64,000 bases of DNA from Amphiscolops sp. MND2022 (taxonomy: Eukaryota): the NCBI GenBank assembly GCA_964187785.1, contig OZ076409.1, forward strand, positions 71,798,001 through 71,862,000, read 5' to 3'. A program made the position numbers and the translations under genes. The notes under the pieces are model-generated. The model made no database searches. It worked only from the letters and a program-made list of their open reading frames with translations, and had not been told where the DNA came from. Positions 1 to 13,200 of this stretch are shown here, piece after piece. Within the stretch, counting starts at the first letter, position 1, and every line of letters starts with the position of its first letter.

Positions 1-183
1 ACAACTATAAATTGTTTGTTTTTCACCGTAATTAGTTTACGACCCATCACCCTATGTCACGGCACCGTCATTAGTACAACGCCACATAGTGTTGCGACGT
101 GCACAGTCTGTGGGCATGCCGAGGCATGCCCTTCGACGACGTATGCCGAATACCGCGGGCCTACGCCCGCGCTCCCCGGCTAG
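1..183 (+). mobile_element. 3' end of a unit truncated by the window edge (alpha end, CGCGGGC-CTAC-GCCCGCG hairpin)
   Basis: Conserved core at 77-183 ending in CTAG. Confidence 0.6.
112..131. promoter_or_regulatory. Palindromic protein-binding site GGGCATGCCG-AGGCATGCCC, a 19/20 match to the p53-family element (representative; present in all 25 unit ends)
   Basis: Two adjacent RRRCWWGYYY decamers with zero spacer and one mismatch. Function is not demonstrated. Confidence 0.5.
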
Positions 184-1459
184 GTGGTCGTTAGCATGGG
201 ATTTTCTTTATGAGCGTAGTCCACTTTTTTTAGGCCGGGGTAGGGTCCCGGGCCGTTACCAATTTCTTACGGAGGAAAAATGTGAAAATCTGCGAGTTTA
301 AAAAATTGGCCCGTACGATTTGGCTGAAAATTGGCATACAGCATCGTCTTGGGAAACAAATGACTTTGTCCTAGTGTCATTTTGCCCAGAAAATTCAAAA
401 AGTTGGTCAAATTGAAAATTTTTTGACCGTCTAAGGCAAAAATTTGACATTTTCGCTTTTTTTGGCCAATTTTCTCAGAATTGGTTGATTTTAGTGCAGT
501 GAGTCATAAGAGGTTACAAGGTCTGCAAGTAGCCATCAATCGGCTTGCATAATCAGATTTTGTCAAAAGTGTTTAGTTTTTTCAAAAATTCACACTTTTT
601 TTTATTTCAGTGTTTTTTGATACTTTTTATTGAATTTTTTCTAAGTTTCACTAAATTTTTTAAAAATGTTTTAAAACACTTTTTTGCACGTTTTTGATGT
701 TTTTCGCTCTCCCATATAGGTTTTCGCATACGGGGAAACTGAATCTGGCAACTAAATAACTTTATTCTGCAGTTCAACTTTCGCCATTTTTAATTGTTGA
801 AAAATCACTCATTTTCAACCTAACGAGTGAAAATATCAGAATTTAAAAACATAAAGTTGAGTTTAAGGAGACTTACAGGTGGAAACAAATGCTCAGAAAC
901 AAATAGATTTCTTGTATTAGCCAAAGAAAGCCTTTAAAATTCTTTTTACTTTCTTTAAATCAAATTTCAACTATTTTTAAGAAATTTGGCAGTGAAAAAA
1001 TTTATAATTTTTAAATTAAAAAAAACTTGCTTTGTTGGTCATTTCCGTTTGTCATTATTAGCTGTGCAATTCACCAACACGTTTCAAGTTATTTTGACCC
1101 AATTTGAAAATTTTTAATACTGCATAATCTATCCGAGAGAACGAAACAGTTGTGTACATTCCATCTCCCTCCTGGGGGAGATGAGAATGTACTTGCCAAA
1201 GTCCAGGTACTACAGACCATATTTGTTTTTATGCGACACCGTCTATACTAATGCACATGAATACAAATTGTTTGTCTAAATTTTACTTCTGACTTGCCGT
1301 ATGCTGTACGTTTGGTACTGACAATACCCATCATATACATAACAAGCGTCAACGCCACATACCCTTACCAACGCCCATAGTCCGTAGGCATGCCGAGGCA
1401 TGCCTTTCGACGACGCGCGCCAAACACAAGCGCGCCCGCACTTTTGCGGTAGCAGCTAG
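184..1459 (+). mobile_element. Unit U1, 1276 bp, divergent body, B-type hairpin, putative non-autonomous element
   Basis: Bounded by GCTAGGTG junctions. Body unlike the 2 kb family. Shares the B hairpin and its flank (gtccaggtactacag..catatttgtttttatgcgac) with U23. Confidence 0.6.
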
Positions 1460-3446
1460 GTGGGCGGGGGTAATTCCCCAACAAAAATTACGGCCGGCGG
1501 GTTGGGTCCTGCCGGACGTCAAATAGCAAAGAATATCTAGTAGGAAACGGCGACACAGAATCGCGATTTTTAAATCTAACCACAATTTTTTGGACTTGGA
1601 GTGCATGCGGCCCTGAAATGCCCATACGAATCGAAGTTCCTGCTGACGTTAAGCGATTGAAATAATATATAAAAAGTTATGGCCCATTTTTCACTCACAA
1701 AGAAGGGTAAAATGAGGAAATTTTTAACAAAGTCGCTGATAACTCAAAATGTGTTAATTTTTGGACTTTGACTGTGAAACAAGCTCGGAACCTTCATTTC
1801 GTGGCTGTGGCATTGCACTGAACACAAAAGATGTAAAGTTTTTACATTTTTTGAAAATTCGAAATTTTTGAAATTTTTTTCACTACTATCAGGACCCCAT
1901 ATGTCAAAAACGCCTCAGAAAAAATTTTTTATTTGCTTTAAATTGGAAACCTTGGTATCCATGGTTTCTGTCGGATCCTACTCGCAGTCAAACACCCAAC
2001 AGTTTGCATCCAATGTGGAAATAAAAATTTTTTCGGGGTCATAAGCGTTTCACAAGGATTTCTCAACTTAGTTTCAATTTACAAATTGGTCACATTGAAC
2101 ACATTATTTTCATCGAAGCGCGTCAGATACCGCCCTAAAGCTCACGAACGGTCCTACTGGCAACGTAGCAACCATTTATAGTAATATAAAAGATTAAAAA
2201 ATTTTTTTCACCCGGTCTTCAGTCATTTTTCAGTCATTCGGAACTTAACTTAGAAAAATTTCGACCAAAATACCCATTTTTTGTCAGGTCGAAAAATCAA
2301 ATTCAGATTTTTAAGCAAAATTATTAACTCTGACGTAACTCATGGGGCCCATGATACTCAAAACAACGATTGACACTGGTATCAATGGCTCCAATAACAT
2401 ATGAGTCGCGATCGGACGTTATTTTGAGCAATACGTCTCAATTGAGGTAAAGATCTCGCAAGCCAGCGATCACTCTCAAATGTGATTTCATCAAAAATTT
2501 ACTCACTTTTGTCAATCATTATGTGCACAGAATGCGTAGGGTGCGTTTCAGCACTATAATGAGATTTTTGAATGCATCGAGTTGCTCAAGGGGTGGTACG
2601 AGACATTTTTGTCCCATATACTACTGTATTTTCCAAAATTTTTAGCCCAATATCTGGAAATACAAACTTGACAAAATACTTTCAACTACTTTATTCAAAG
2701 GTTACAATATAGATGAACACTGTGGTTGATCAGAAACTTTCATCTCTTTCGTTTTCCGAAATATTTTCCTTCGCATGTGTTATATTTGTATCACAAAAAA
2801 AAATCGAAACTGAAAAATACGCTATTTTGGTAATATAGAATCGCAATGATTGTGCCTAAAAACTCTTTAAACACTTCTAACGCGACCTTACGCACCCAAA
2901 ATGATCGAAAATGCTATTCACAATGGTGACATGTGCTCTTTCAACAATCCTGGCTGGACAAGGTTTGCATATTTTTCAAGTACCTGTCAGCTGAATCTTG
3001 TGATAGCCTTTTCAGTTGGCCTTGTGTCAACTTGGGAAGGCTATCACATCAAAAAACCATCAACAAAAATAATTTTTGTTTATTGGATCTTACAGTCGAT
3101 ACTTTTTTTCGTGATTCTATACTACCGTTAGTATATTTCATCAGGTCACCTTACGATTGCATTCAGTCTTTGATAAAAACCTATGAACTCAAAGTCACAT
3201 TTATATATTTTTTTGCCAGAAAATAACATCAAAAATATCTAAAATATATAAAATAGAGTCTTTAACATTTTTACGTTTCAAGTTTTTGCCGTTATTAGGC
3301 CAATCAACGTCCTAGAGCCACATCCTGCCACATACTGTACAACGCCACATAGTGTTGCGACGTGCACAGTCTGTGGGCATGCCGAGGCATGCCCTTCGAC
3401 GACGTATGCCGAATACCGCGGGCCTACGCCCGCGCTCCCCGGCTAG
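1460..3446 (+). mobile_element. Unit U2, 1987 bp, 2 kb family, A hairpin, alpha end
   Basis: Junction-bounded; its 5' part closely matches U18. Confidence 0.6.
3000..3047 (+). other. A-type internal hairpin GTGATAGCCTT..AGTTG(G/A)C-CTTGT-GTCAACT..AAGGCTATCAC (representative; 16 units)
   Basis: Imperfect inverted repeat; also at 4987-5034, 40690-40739, 44684-44731, 60744-60786 and 63644-63684. Confidence 0.9.
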
Positions 3447-5442
3447 GTGGGCGGGGGTAATTCCCCTTCAAAAAATTCGGCCGGCGGGTTGGGTCCTGCC
3501 GGACGTCAAATAGCAGAAAATACCTATTAGGAAACGGCGACACAAAACGGCGATTTTTAAATCTAACCACAATTTTTTGGACTTGGAGTGCATGCGGCCC
3601 TGAAATGCCCATACGAATCGAAGTTCCTGCTGACGTTAAGCGATTGAAATAATATATAAAAAGTTATGGCCCATTTTTCACTCACATAGAAGGGTAAAAT
3701 GAGGAAATTTTTAACAAAGTCGCTGATAACTCAAAATGTGTTAATTTTTGGACATTGACTGTGAAACAAGCTTGGAACCTTCATTTAGTGGCTGTGGCAT
3801 TGCACTGAACACAAAAGATGTAAAGTTTTTACATTTTTTGAAAATTCGACATTTTTGAAATTTTTTTCACTACTATCAGTACCCCATATGTCAAAAACGC
3901 TTCAGAAAAAATTTTTTATTTGCTTTAAATTGGAAACCTTGATATCCATGGTTTCTGTCGGAACCTACTCGCAGCCAAACACTCAACAGTTTGCATCCAA
4001 TGTGAAAATAAAATTTTTTTCGGGGTCATAAGCGTTTCACAAGGATTTCTCAACTTAGTATGATTTTACAAAATGGTCATTTTGAACACAATATTTTCAT
4101 CGAGGCTTGTCGGCTATAGCCTTAATGTTCTAGAACGGTCCCACTGGCAACGTAGGAACCATTTATAGTAATGGAAAGTAATAAAAAAATATTTTCACCC
4201 GGTCTTCAGTCATTTTTCAGTCATTCGGAACTTAACTTAGAAAAATTTCGACCAAAATACCCATTTTTTGTCAGGTCGAAAATTCAAATTCAGATTTTTA
4301 CGCAAAATTATTAACTCTGACGTAACCCATGGGGCCCATGATACTCAAAACAACGATTGACACTGGTATCAATGGCTCCAATAACATATGAGTCGCGATA
4401 AGACGTTATTTTGAGCAATACGTCTCAATTGAGGTAAAGATCTCGCAAGCCAGCGATCACTGTGAAATGTGATTTCATAAAAAATTTACTCATTTTTGTC
4501 AATCACTATGTGCACAGAATGCGTAGGGTGAGTTTCAGCACTATAATGAGGTTTTTGAAGGCATCGAGTTGCTCAAGGGGTGGTATGAGACATTTTTTCC
4601 CTATATACTACTGTATTTTCCAAAACTTTTACCCCATTATCTGGAGAAAGTAACTTGACAAAATACTTGCAATAACTTTATTTAAAGGTTACAATGTAGA
4701 TGAACCCTGTGGTTGATCAGAAACTCTCATCTCATTCGTTTTCCTGAATAATTCCCTTCGAATGTGTTACATTTGTAGCAGAAAAAAAAACCGAACCAAA
4801 AAAATACGCGATTTTGCTGAGATAGAATCGCAATGGTTACGCCTAAAATCTCTTTAAATACTTCTAACGCGACTTTACGGACCCAAAAAGATTGAAAATG
4901 CCATTCACAATGCTGACATGTGCTCTTTCTACGATCCTGGCTTGACAAGTTTTGCATATTATTCAAGTACCTGTTAACTGAATTTTGTGATAGCCTTTCA
5001 AGTTGGCCTTGTGTCAACTTGGGAAGGCTATCACATCAAAAAACTTTCATCAAAAATACTTTTCGTTTAAACGATATTGTATTCGATATTTATTTTCGTG
5101 ATTTTACACTACCGCTAGTACCTTCCGCCAGGTCAGCTGACGATTGCAAGCAGCCTTTGTTAAAAACCTATGAACACCAATATTTTTTTCTCATACTTTT
5201 GTTGAAGAAAAGTACAAATAAACAATAAAAATATAATTTTAACCTTTAACAACACTAATTTGTCTTTATCGTTATCAGTCCTACCACCCATACCCATCAT
5301 CATCCTATGCCATGGCCCGGTGATTAGTCCAACGCCACATAGTGTAGCGACGCCCACAGTCTGTGGGCATGCCGAGGCATGCCCTTCGACGACGTATGCC
5401 AATTTTAGCGTAGCCCGCGGTCACTACCGCGGTAGCAGCTAG
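3447..5442 (+). mobile_element. Unit U3, 1996 bp, 2 kb family, A hairpin, beta end (CCGCGG-TCACTA-CCGCGG)
   Basis: Junction-bounded; body near-identical to U7. Confidence 0.6.
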
Positions 5443-5473
5443 GTGGGCGGGGGTAATTCCCCAACAAAAAAAT

Positions 5474-5501
5474 CGGCCGGCGGGTCGGGTCCTGCCGGCC
5501 G
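5474..5501 (+). other. 5' subterminal stem-loop CGGCCGGCGGG-TCGGGT-CCTGCCGGCCG (representative)
   Basis: Found 31-50 bp after the junction in the units examined, with different stems but a similar loop. Confidence 0.85.
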
Positions 5502-6259
5502 TCCAAAATCAAAATCCTCCTAGTAGAAAACGGCATGTCAAACGAGCTATTTTTTTATTTAACCGTTAGAATTTGGGTTTAGATTGCATGCGGCCATGAA
5601 ATGGCCATACGAATGGAAGTTCTTGCTGACGTTTTGCGATTGAAACACTTTATAAAAAGTTATGGCCAATTTGTCATTCACCTAGAAGGGCGAAATGAGG
5701 AAAATTTTAACAAAGTCACTGATAACTCAAAATGTAATAATTTTTGGAGTTTGACAGTGAAACAAGCTTGGAACTGTCATTTCGTGGCTGTGGCATTGCA
5801 CTGAACACAAAAGATGTAAAGTTTTCACATTTTTCGAAAATTCGACATTTTTGATTTTTTTTTCACTACTATCAGTACACTATATGTCAAAAACGCCTCT
5901 GAAAAATATTTTTATTTGCTTAAAATTAGAAACCTTGGTATCCATGGTTTCCGTCAGTACCTACTCGCTGCCAAACGCTCAACAGTTTGCATACAATGTG
6001 AAAATATAATTTTTTTCGAGGTCATAGGTGTTTCACAAGGATTTCTCAACTTAGTATCTATTTACAAATTGGTCATTTTGAACACGTTATTTTCATCGAA
6101 GCGTGTCAGATACCACCCTAATGCTCACGAATGGGCCTACTGGCAACGTTGGAACCATTTTTAGTAATAGAAAGTATTAAAAAAATATTTTCACCCGGTC
6201 TTCAGTCATTTTTCAGACATTCGGTACTTAACTTAGAAAAATTTCGCATCAAAAACCCA

Positions 6260-7400
6260 TATTTGGTAGGGTCGAAATTTGAAATTCAGTTTTTTATGCA
6301 AAATTATTAACTCTGACGTAACCAGTGGAGCCCATGATACTCAAAAACACGATTGGGACTGGTATCAGTGGCTCCAATAACATATGAGCCGCGATAAGAC
6401 GTTATTCAGAGCAAACGCTCTAAATCGAAGTAAACATCTCTGAAGCCTGGGATCACAGTGAAATGTGATATAACCAAAAGTTTACTCTTTTTTTGTCAAT
6501 CACTATGTACACAGAGTGCTTAGGGTGAGTTTCAGGACTATAATGAGGTTTTTGAAGTAATCGCGCTGCTCAAGGGGTGGTATGAGACTATTTTTTCCCA
6601 TATACTACTACATTTCCATAAGTTTGCAGTCCATTGTCTTGGAAAGATAACTTCACAAAAACAATTTTTCTACTCTATTCAGTTATTAGAATAAAGTTGA
6701 ACACTGTGGGTGATCAGAAATGCTCAATTCTTTTGGTTTTTAAAAAAATTCCTTCGCATTCGTTACATTTGTGGAAGGAAGGTTATCAGTAGCTCCAAAA
6801 AAAAACGAAATTTAGCACGAACAGACATGCAACGATGCAAAGCAAAAACGTTTTTACAACTTCCGACGTCATTATTTTACCCAAGAATCTCGAAAATATT
6901 ATTCGCAATGCTGTCATTCGCTATATATACGATCGCGGTCAATTTACAAACATTTAGATTTCATTGTTCTGCTTGAAAACCAATTTTTGTCAGGTCGAAA
7001 TTTTAAATTTTGCCTGGGGAGCAATACCCTTCACGCTGAAGTAAACAGTGGGGCCCAAGTTACTCAAAAACAAGAAAGAGACTGCTACAATATGTCCTAA
7101 TAACATATGGACCACGATAGTACGTTTTTCACACAAAAAACTCTCATCCGAAGTAAATATGTTGAAAGCTTTTAATCACCGTGAGAAGTGATTTCATCAA
7201 AAGATAACTCTTTTTTGTCAATCACTATTTACACAGAATTTGTAAAGTTAGTTTGAGTCATGAAATGAGGCTTTACCGTAATATGGGTTGCTCAAGGTGT
7301 TATATAAGACAAAAACTTCCTCTTTTCTACTAGCTTCTTCAAATATTTCAACTCTTTGTCACAATAAGTTAATTTTCAAAATCTCTTTGAAATGTATCTT
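6260..7400 (+). repeat. Old diverged ~720 bp tandem duplication inside long units
   Basis: The motif series ggtcgaaa / g(g/a)gccca.g.tactcaaaaaca / aataacatatg / tcaatcactat / gctcaagg recurs ~723 bp later (for example ~6325 and ~7048). Confidence 0.75.
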
Positions 7401-7677
7401 TATGTTGGGGTGAAGTCTAAGAACAATAACTATGATCGAAGAATGCTAGTACTGGTGTTTGAACCATGTCCGGATGAACAAATCACAATATCATCAAAAA
7501 ATTGTTCCCTTTTTTGGTTATTTTGGCAGTACTAAAAATGTTAGCCGATAAATAATTTTTTCGATGGCACCATTGGATTCCTCTCAAAAAGTTGATTATA
7601 TGACCTGTGTAATAACCCCGTATCTTTTCAATTTAAATATATTTAAAAAGCCAACTATTTTGACCAAAATCCTAAAA

Positions 7678-8945
7678 ATCATACCATTTCCTAAAAATTT
7701 TCAAATGCACCCCATTTGACGTATAAGATAAGCACAGAAAACTATCATATACCGATCAACTCTACTCCTATTGTAGATTATTAGAATTTTGTTTAGAATG
7801 AATTTTGATGAATAATAAAAAAATTTTGAACCCTCCAAAAATGGGCCAAATTTACACGAAAAAATTGACCTTAAAATACCAAAATGTTAAAAAATCATCA
7901 AAACCCAGGCTTCTTGGGGTTCTATCAACTCCGCGTGGTCCACAGAGTATGCTAAAACAGGTTTTACCCGTTTTTGAGCAATATGTGAAAAAGCCGACAT
8001 TTTTGGGAAAGAAAAACATACCATTTCCTAAAAAAATTCAAATGCACGTCATTTGCCGTATTAGAATAGCACAGAAAACTATCACATACCAATCAACTCT
8101 ACTTTCATTGCAGATGAACAGAATTTTGTTTAGAATAAATTTTACCGGATAATAAAAAAATTTGAATCCTTCAAAATTGGGCCAAAAATACACGAAAAAA
8201 TGGACCTTAAAAATTTAAAATGTCAAAAAATCATCAAAACAACTGCTTCTTGGGGTTCTATCAACTCCACGAGGTCCACAGAGTATGCTAAAACAGGTTT
8301 TACCCGTTTTTGAGCAATATGTGAAAAAGCCGACATTTTTGGGAAAGAAAAACATACCATTTCCTAAAAAAATTCAAATGCACGCCATTTGCCGTATGAA
8401 AATAGCACAGAAAACTATCACATACCAATCAACTCTACTTTCATTGCAGATGAACAGAATTTTGTTTAGAATAAACTTTACCGGATAATAAAAAAATTTG
8501 ATTCCTTCTAAAATGGGCCAAAATTACACGAAAAAATGGACCTTAAAATTTTAAAATGTCAAAAAATCATCAAAACCACGGCTTCTTGGGGTTCTATCAA
8601 CTCCACGTGGTCCACAGAGTATGCTTAACCCGGTTTTACCCATCTTTGATCAAAATGTGAAAATACCGACATTTTTGGAAAAGAAAAACAGGCCATTTTC
8701 TAATAAATTTCAAATGCACGCCATTTGCTGTATGAGAATAACACAGAAAGCTGTCACATACCGATCAACTCTACTTCCATTGTAGATTATCAGAAGTTTG
8801 TTTAGAATAAATTTTGAAGGATAATAAAAAAATTTGAAACCATCAAAAATGGGTCAAATTTACACGAAAAAATTGACCTTAAAATATCAAAATGTCAAAA
8901 AATCATCAAAACCACAATTTCTTGGCGTTCTATCAACTCCATATG
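7678..8945 (+). repeat. ~336 bp internal tandem repeat, ~3.8 copies (U4)
   Basis: Anchor ttgg(g/c)gttctatcaactcc at ~7914, 8250, 8587 and 8922. Confidence 0.9.
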
Positions 8946-9230
8946 ATACCAAACCAGGTACTGCCAATCGTTTGAGTTATAATAAAAAAACGTCTTTTTT
9001 GGCAAGAATTCCATACCATAAATAATAATCATGTTCCATATAAGAAACGAATCATTTCAGATATATACCCTGTTCATTTTTTTAATATTACCGATTATTA
9101 ATTTAATAGATGTTTTGAATGTGAGCTTCCTAAAAGGTTCAGGTGTGATGATACGTAAATAGAACCTTAGTTTCATCGAAATCTCAATTGAATATGTCCA
9201 ATCTTAACCATCAGATAACAAGAAACACTT

Positions 9231-9273
9231 AAGTACATTCCATCTCCCCATCGGGGGAGATGAGAATGTACTT
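9231..9273 (+). other. B-type internal hairpin AAGTACATTC-CATCTCCCC-loop-GGGGAGATG-A-GAATGTACTT (representative; 8 units)
   Basis: Inverted repeat with a single bulged A; also at 1154-1192, 13994-14035 and 62292-62334. Confidence 0.9.
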
Positions 9274-10205
9274 TCGAGAAGCCAAATACGTCCAACATTC
9301 AAACTTTTGTAACTTTGTATGTAACTCCTGAAACGAAGAAGGAATAAAATTGTTTCTGGTACATACATGAGTCTTTACTTCAGCTTCTATTTCTGCTGAA
9401 CAAAACCATTCGACTCTTTTGCCGGACTTAAGATCGATTGTATTACCCAGTGAACAAAGGCATGATTGAAAACGTTTACTACTTTGTTCATAATTTTCCG
9501 GCCTTCCGAAATGATGAAACGTCCACATAACTAAGATAGCAAGTGAATGACTGCGAAATGCACCTTATTAGATGAGGTAAATAACGTGTAAAACTCTCCT
9601 TTATCCTAACATGAGGTTGAGTAATGATCATTTGAGAATAGTTTGATATGTGAATACAATAGTATAAAACAAGTACATTTTATATGAATAACGCCGTGGA
9701 AAGCGTTCAGAAAGGACAGTAGGCTTGTTTGGAATATGTATGTGTGGTGTCCCTTGGTGGCGTTCGCTTAGTGTATATGTCGAGGGGTATTCGAGTTGTT
9801 ATGATAGAATTTACACACAAGTCTTTTGTTTTTTGGTTTTTTTAAAATGTCGTTAAGTACCTGCATTCTATCCCCTTCTCAGAGATGACGTGAAGTTACG
9901 TTTGCTAAATAATTGTCATCGAAAGATCACACTCCCGACGAAATTAACTATCTTAACACGTGTTTAGAATTTTAAATGAACAACCGTATAAGATTTTTTT
10001 ATTTCATTGAGTTTGATGAAGTCTTTTGTTCTTCTCACTACTATTTCAACCAATACACATATCCGTTACCATATCACATGTCTCCATTAGTACAACGCCA
10101 CATAGCGTTCCGACGCCCACAGTCTGTGGGCATGCCGAGGCATGCCCTTCGACGACGTATGGCAAATGGAGCCATGCCCGCCGTCTTTACGGCGGTAGCG
10201 GCTAG

Positions 10206-13200
10206 GTGGGCGGGGGTAATTCCCCAACTAAAAATTCGGCCGGCGGGTCGGGTCCTGCCGGCCGTCCAAAATCAAAATCCTACTAGTAGAAAACGGCATG
10301 TCAAACGAGCTATTTTTTTATTTAACCGTTAGAATTTGGGTTTAGATTGCATGCGGCCATGAAATGGCCATACGAATTGAAGTTCCTGCTGACGTTTTGC
10401 GATTGAAACACTTTATAAAAAGTTATGGCCAATTTGTCAGTCACCTAGAAGGGCAAAATGAGGAAAATTTTAACAAAGTCGCTGATATCTCAAAATGTGT
10501 TAATTTTTGGACTTTGACTGTGAAACAAGCTTGGAACCTTCATTTCGTGGCTGTGGCATTGCACTGAACACAAAAGCTGTAAAGTTTTCACATTTTTTGA
10601 AAATTCGACATTTTTGAAATTTCTTTCACTACCATCAGTACCCCATATGTCAAAAACACCTCAGAAAAAAATTTTTATTTGCTTTAAATTGGAAACCTTG
10701 GTATCCATGGTTTCTGTCGGAACCTACTCGCAGCCAAACACCCAACAGTTTGCATCCAATGTGAAATAAAAAATTTTTTCGAGGTCATAAGCGTTTCACA
10801 AGGTTTTCATGATTTAGTATTAATTTACATAGTGGTCATTTTAAACATAAAATTTTGGTCCAGGCATGTCGGATATAGTCTGAATGCTCACGAACGGTCC
10901 TACTGGCAACGTATGAACCATTTATAGTAATAAAAAGTATTAAAAAATTTTTTTCACCCGGTCTTCAGTCATTTTTCAGACATTCGGAACTTAACTTAGA
11001 AATTTTTCGAACCAAATACCCATTTTTTGTCAGGTCGAAAATTGAAATTCAGCTAATAAAGCAAAATTTTTTACTCTGACGTAACCAGTGGGGTCCATGA
11101 TACTCAAAAATACGATTGGGACTGGTACCAATGGCTCCTATATCATATGAGCCGCGATAAGATGTTATTTCGAGCAATACGTCTCAATTGAGGTAAACAT
11201 CTCGCAAGCCTGGGATCACAGTGAATTGTAATTTTATCAAAATTTTACTCATTTTTGTCAATCACTATGTGCACAGAGTGCGTAGGGGGAGTTGTAGCAC
11301 TATAATGAGGTTTTTGAAGGCATCGGGTTGCTCAAGGGGTGGTATGAGACATTTTTTTCCTATATACTACTGTATTTTCCAAAACTTTTAGCCCATTATC
11401 TGCAAAAACTAACTTGACAAAATACTTTGAGTTACTCTACTCAAAGCTTAGAACATAGATGAACACTGTGGTTGATCAGAAACTATTTACTATTTTGTTT
11501 TTAGAAAAAACTGCCTTGCATGTGTTACACTAGTGGCAGGAAAAATACCAGTAGCTCCAAAAATCACAAATTTGGACGGACAGACTTGCAATGATGCAAA
11601 GCAAAAACGTTTCAACAACTTCTGACGCCACTTCTTTTACCCAAGAGGTTCGAAAACGCCATTAACAAGGCTGACATTTGCAATAAATAAGATCGAGGTC
11701 CATTTACTAACACTTAGGTTTCAAATTTGTTTCTGAGAAACCCATTTTTGTCTGGTCGCAATTTCAAATTTAATCTGGGAAGCAAAATTTTTCACTCTGA
11801 AGCAAACCGCTGGGCCCAAATTACTCAAAAACAACAAAAAGACTATCACCATATGCTCTAATAACATATGAGATGCGACAGTATGCTTTTAACACAAAAA
11901 CTCTCATCCGAAGTAAACATGTTGAAAGCCTTGAATCACCGTGAGAAGTGATTTCATCAAAAAATATTTCTTTTTCGTCAATCACTATATACACAAAACC
12001 CGTTGTGTTAGTTTCAGCCGTGAAATGAGGTTCTACCGTAATATGGGTTGCTCAAGGTGTTGTATAAGAGAAAATCGTCCTCTTTTCTACTAACTTCTTC
12101 AAATATTTCGACCCTTTGTCACACGAAGTTAAAATTCAAAATCTCTTTGAATTGTTTCTTTAGGTTGGGATGAAGTGGTAGAACAATAACTTTGATCGAA
12201 GAATGCTAGTATTGGTGTTTGGACCATGTTTGGATGAACAAATCGCAAAATCATGAAAAATTTGTTTCTTTTTTTGGTTATTTTGGCAGTACTAAAAATG
12301 TTAGCTGACAAATAATTTTTTCGATAGCACCATTGGATTCGGCTCAAAAAGTTGGTTATATGACATGTGTAATAACGCCGTATCTTTTCAATTTAAATAT
12401 ATTTAAAAAGCCAACTTTTTTGACCAAAATCCTAAAAATCATACCATTTCCTAAAAAATTTCAAATGCACCCCATTTGACGTATAACAATAGCACAGAAA
12501 ACTATCATATACCGATCAACTCTACTCTCATTGTGGATTATTAGCATTTTGTTTTGAACGAATTTTGATGGATATTAAAAAATTTTGAACCCTCCAAATA
12601 TGGGCCAAAATTACACGAAAAAATTGACCTTAAAATTTTAAAATGTCAAAAAATCATCAAAACTACAGCTTCTTGGGGTTCTATCAACTCCACGTGGTCC
12701 ACAGAGTACGCTAAAACAGGTTTTACCCGTTTTTGAGCAATATGTGAAAAAGCCGACATTTTTGGGAAAGAAAAACATCCCATTTCCTAAAAAAATTCAA
12801 TTGCACGCCATTTGCCGTATGAGAATAGCACGGAAAACTATCACATACCGATCAACTCTACTTTTATTGTAGATGAATAAAAATTAGTTTAAAACAAATT
12901 TTGACGGATATTAAAAAATTTTAAACCATTAAAAAATGGGCCAAAATTACACGAAAAAATTGACCTTAAAATTTTAAAATGTCACAAAATCATCAAAACC
13001 ACAGCTTCTTGGGGTTCTATCAACTCCACGTGCTCCACAGAGTACGCTAAAACAGGTTTTACCCGTTTTTGAGCAATATGTGAAAAAGCCGACATTTTTG
13101 GGGAAGAAAAAATAGGCATTTCCTAAAAAAATCAAATGCACGCCATTTGCCGTATAAGAATTGCACAGAAAACTATCATATACCGATCAACTCTACTCCC

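Larger units (their letters stand above)
5443..10205 (+). mobile_element. Unit U4, 4763 bp, long type L1, B hairpin, gamma end (CCGCCGT-CTTT-ACGGCGG)
   Basis: Near-identical to U6 and U11; contains a 336 bp tandem array. Confidence 0.6.

Noticed and set aside
77..260. Known tandem RNA gene (5S rRNA, tRNA, snRNA, SL RNA) as the conserved core
   Set aside because: No recognisable A/B boxes, cloverleaf, Sm site or 5S sequence. An Rfam search was not possible, so an unknown ncRNA is not excluded.
1462..1506. G-quadruplex from GGG-C-GGGGG ... GGG-TT-GGG
   Set aside because: The central loop is ~28 nt, the G-runs are sequestered in competing hairpins, and the pattern is not kept in U1 or U23.
1491..1518. 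HDV-like ribozyme suggested by GGCCGGC..GGTCC
   Set aside because: It folds as a simple hairpin; I could not find the nested double pseudoknot, and divergent units lack the GGCCGGC start.
3100..3150. Hammerhead ribozyme core on the - strand (CTGATGA ... GAAA around the TATACTA-CCGT-TAGTATA hairpin)
   Set aside because: Stem II does not close directly between CTGATGA and GAAA, and CTGATGA is lost in several sister units (U3, U8, U16, U17).
9229..9700. Possible degenerate coding remnant in the 3' region of long units (ORFs 9229-9528 and 14166-14489, sharing LCSLGNTI)
   Set aside because: L1 and L2 do not keep the same long frame. A third minus-strand frame is open in both for only ~45 codons, with many non-synonymous changes. 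A translated profile search would be needed to revive this.
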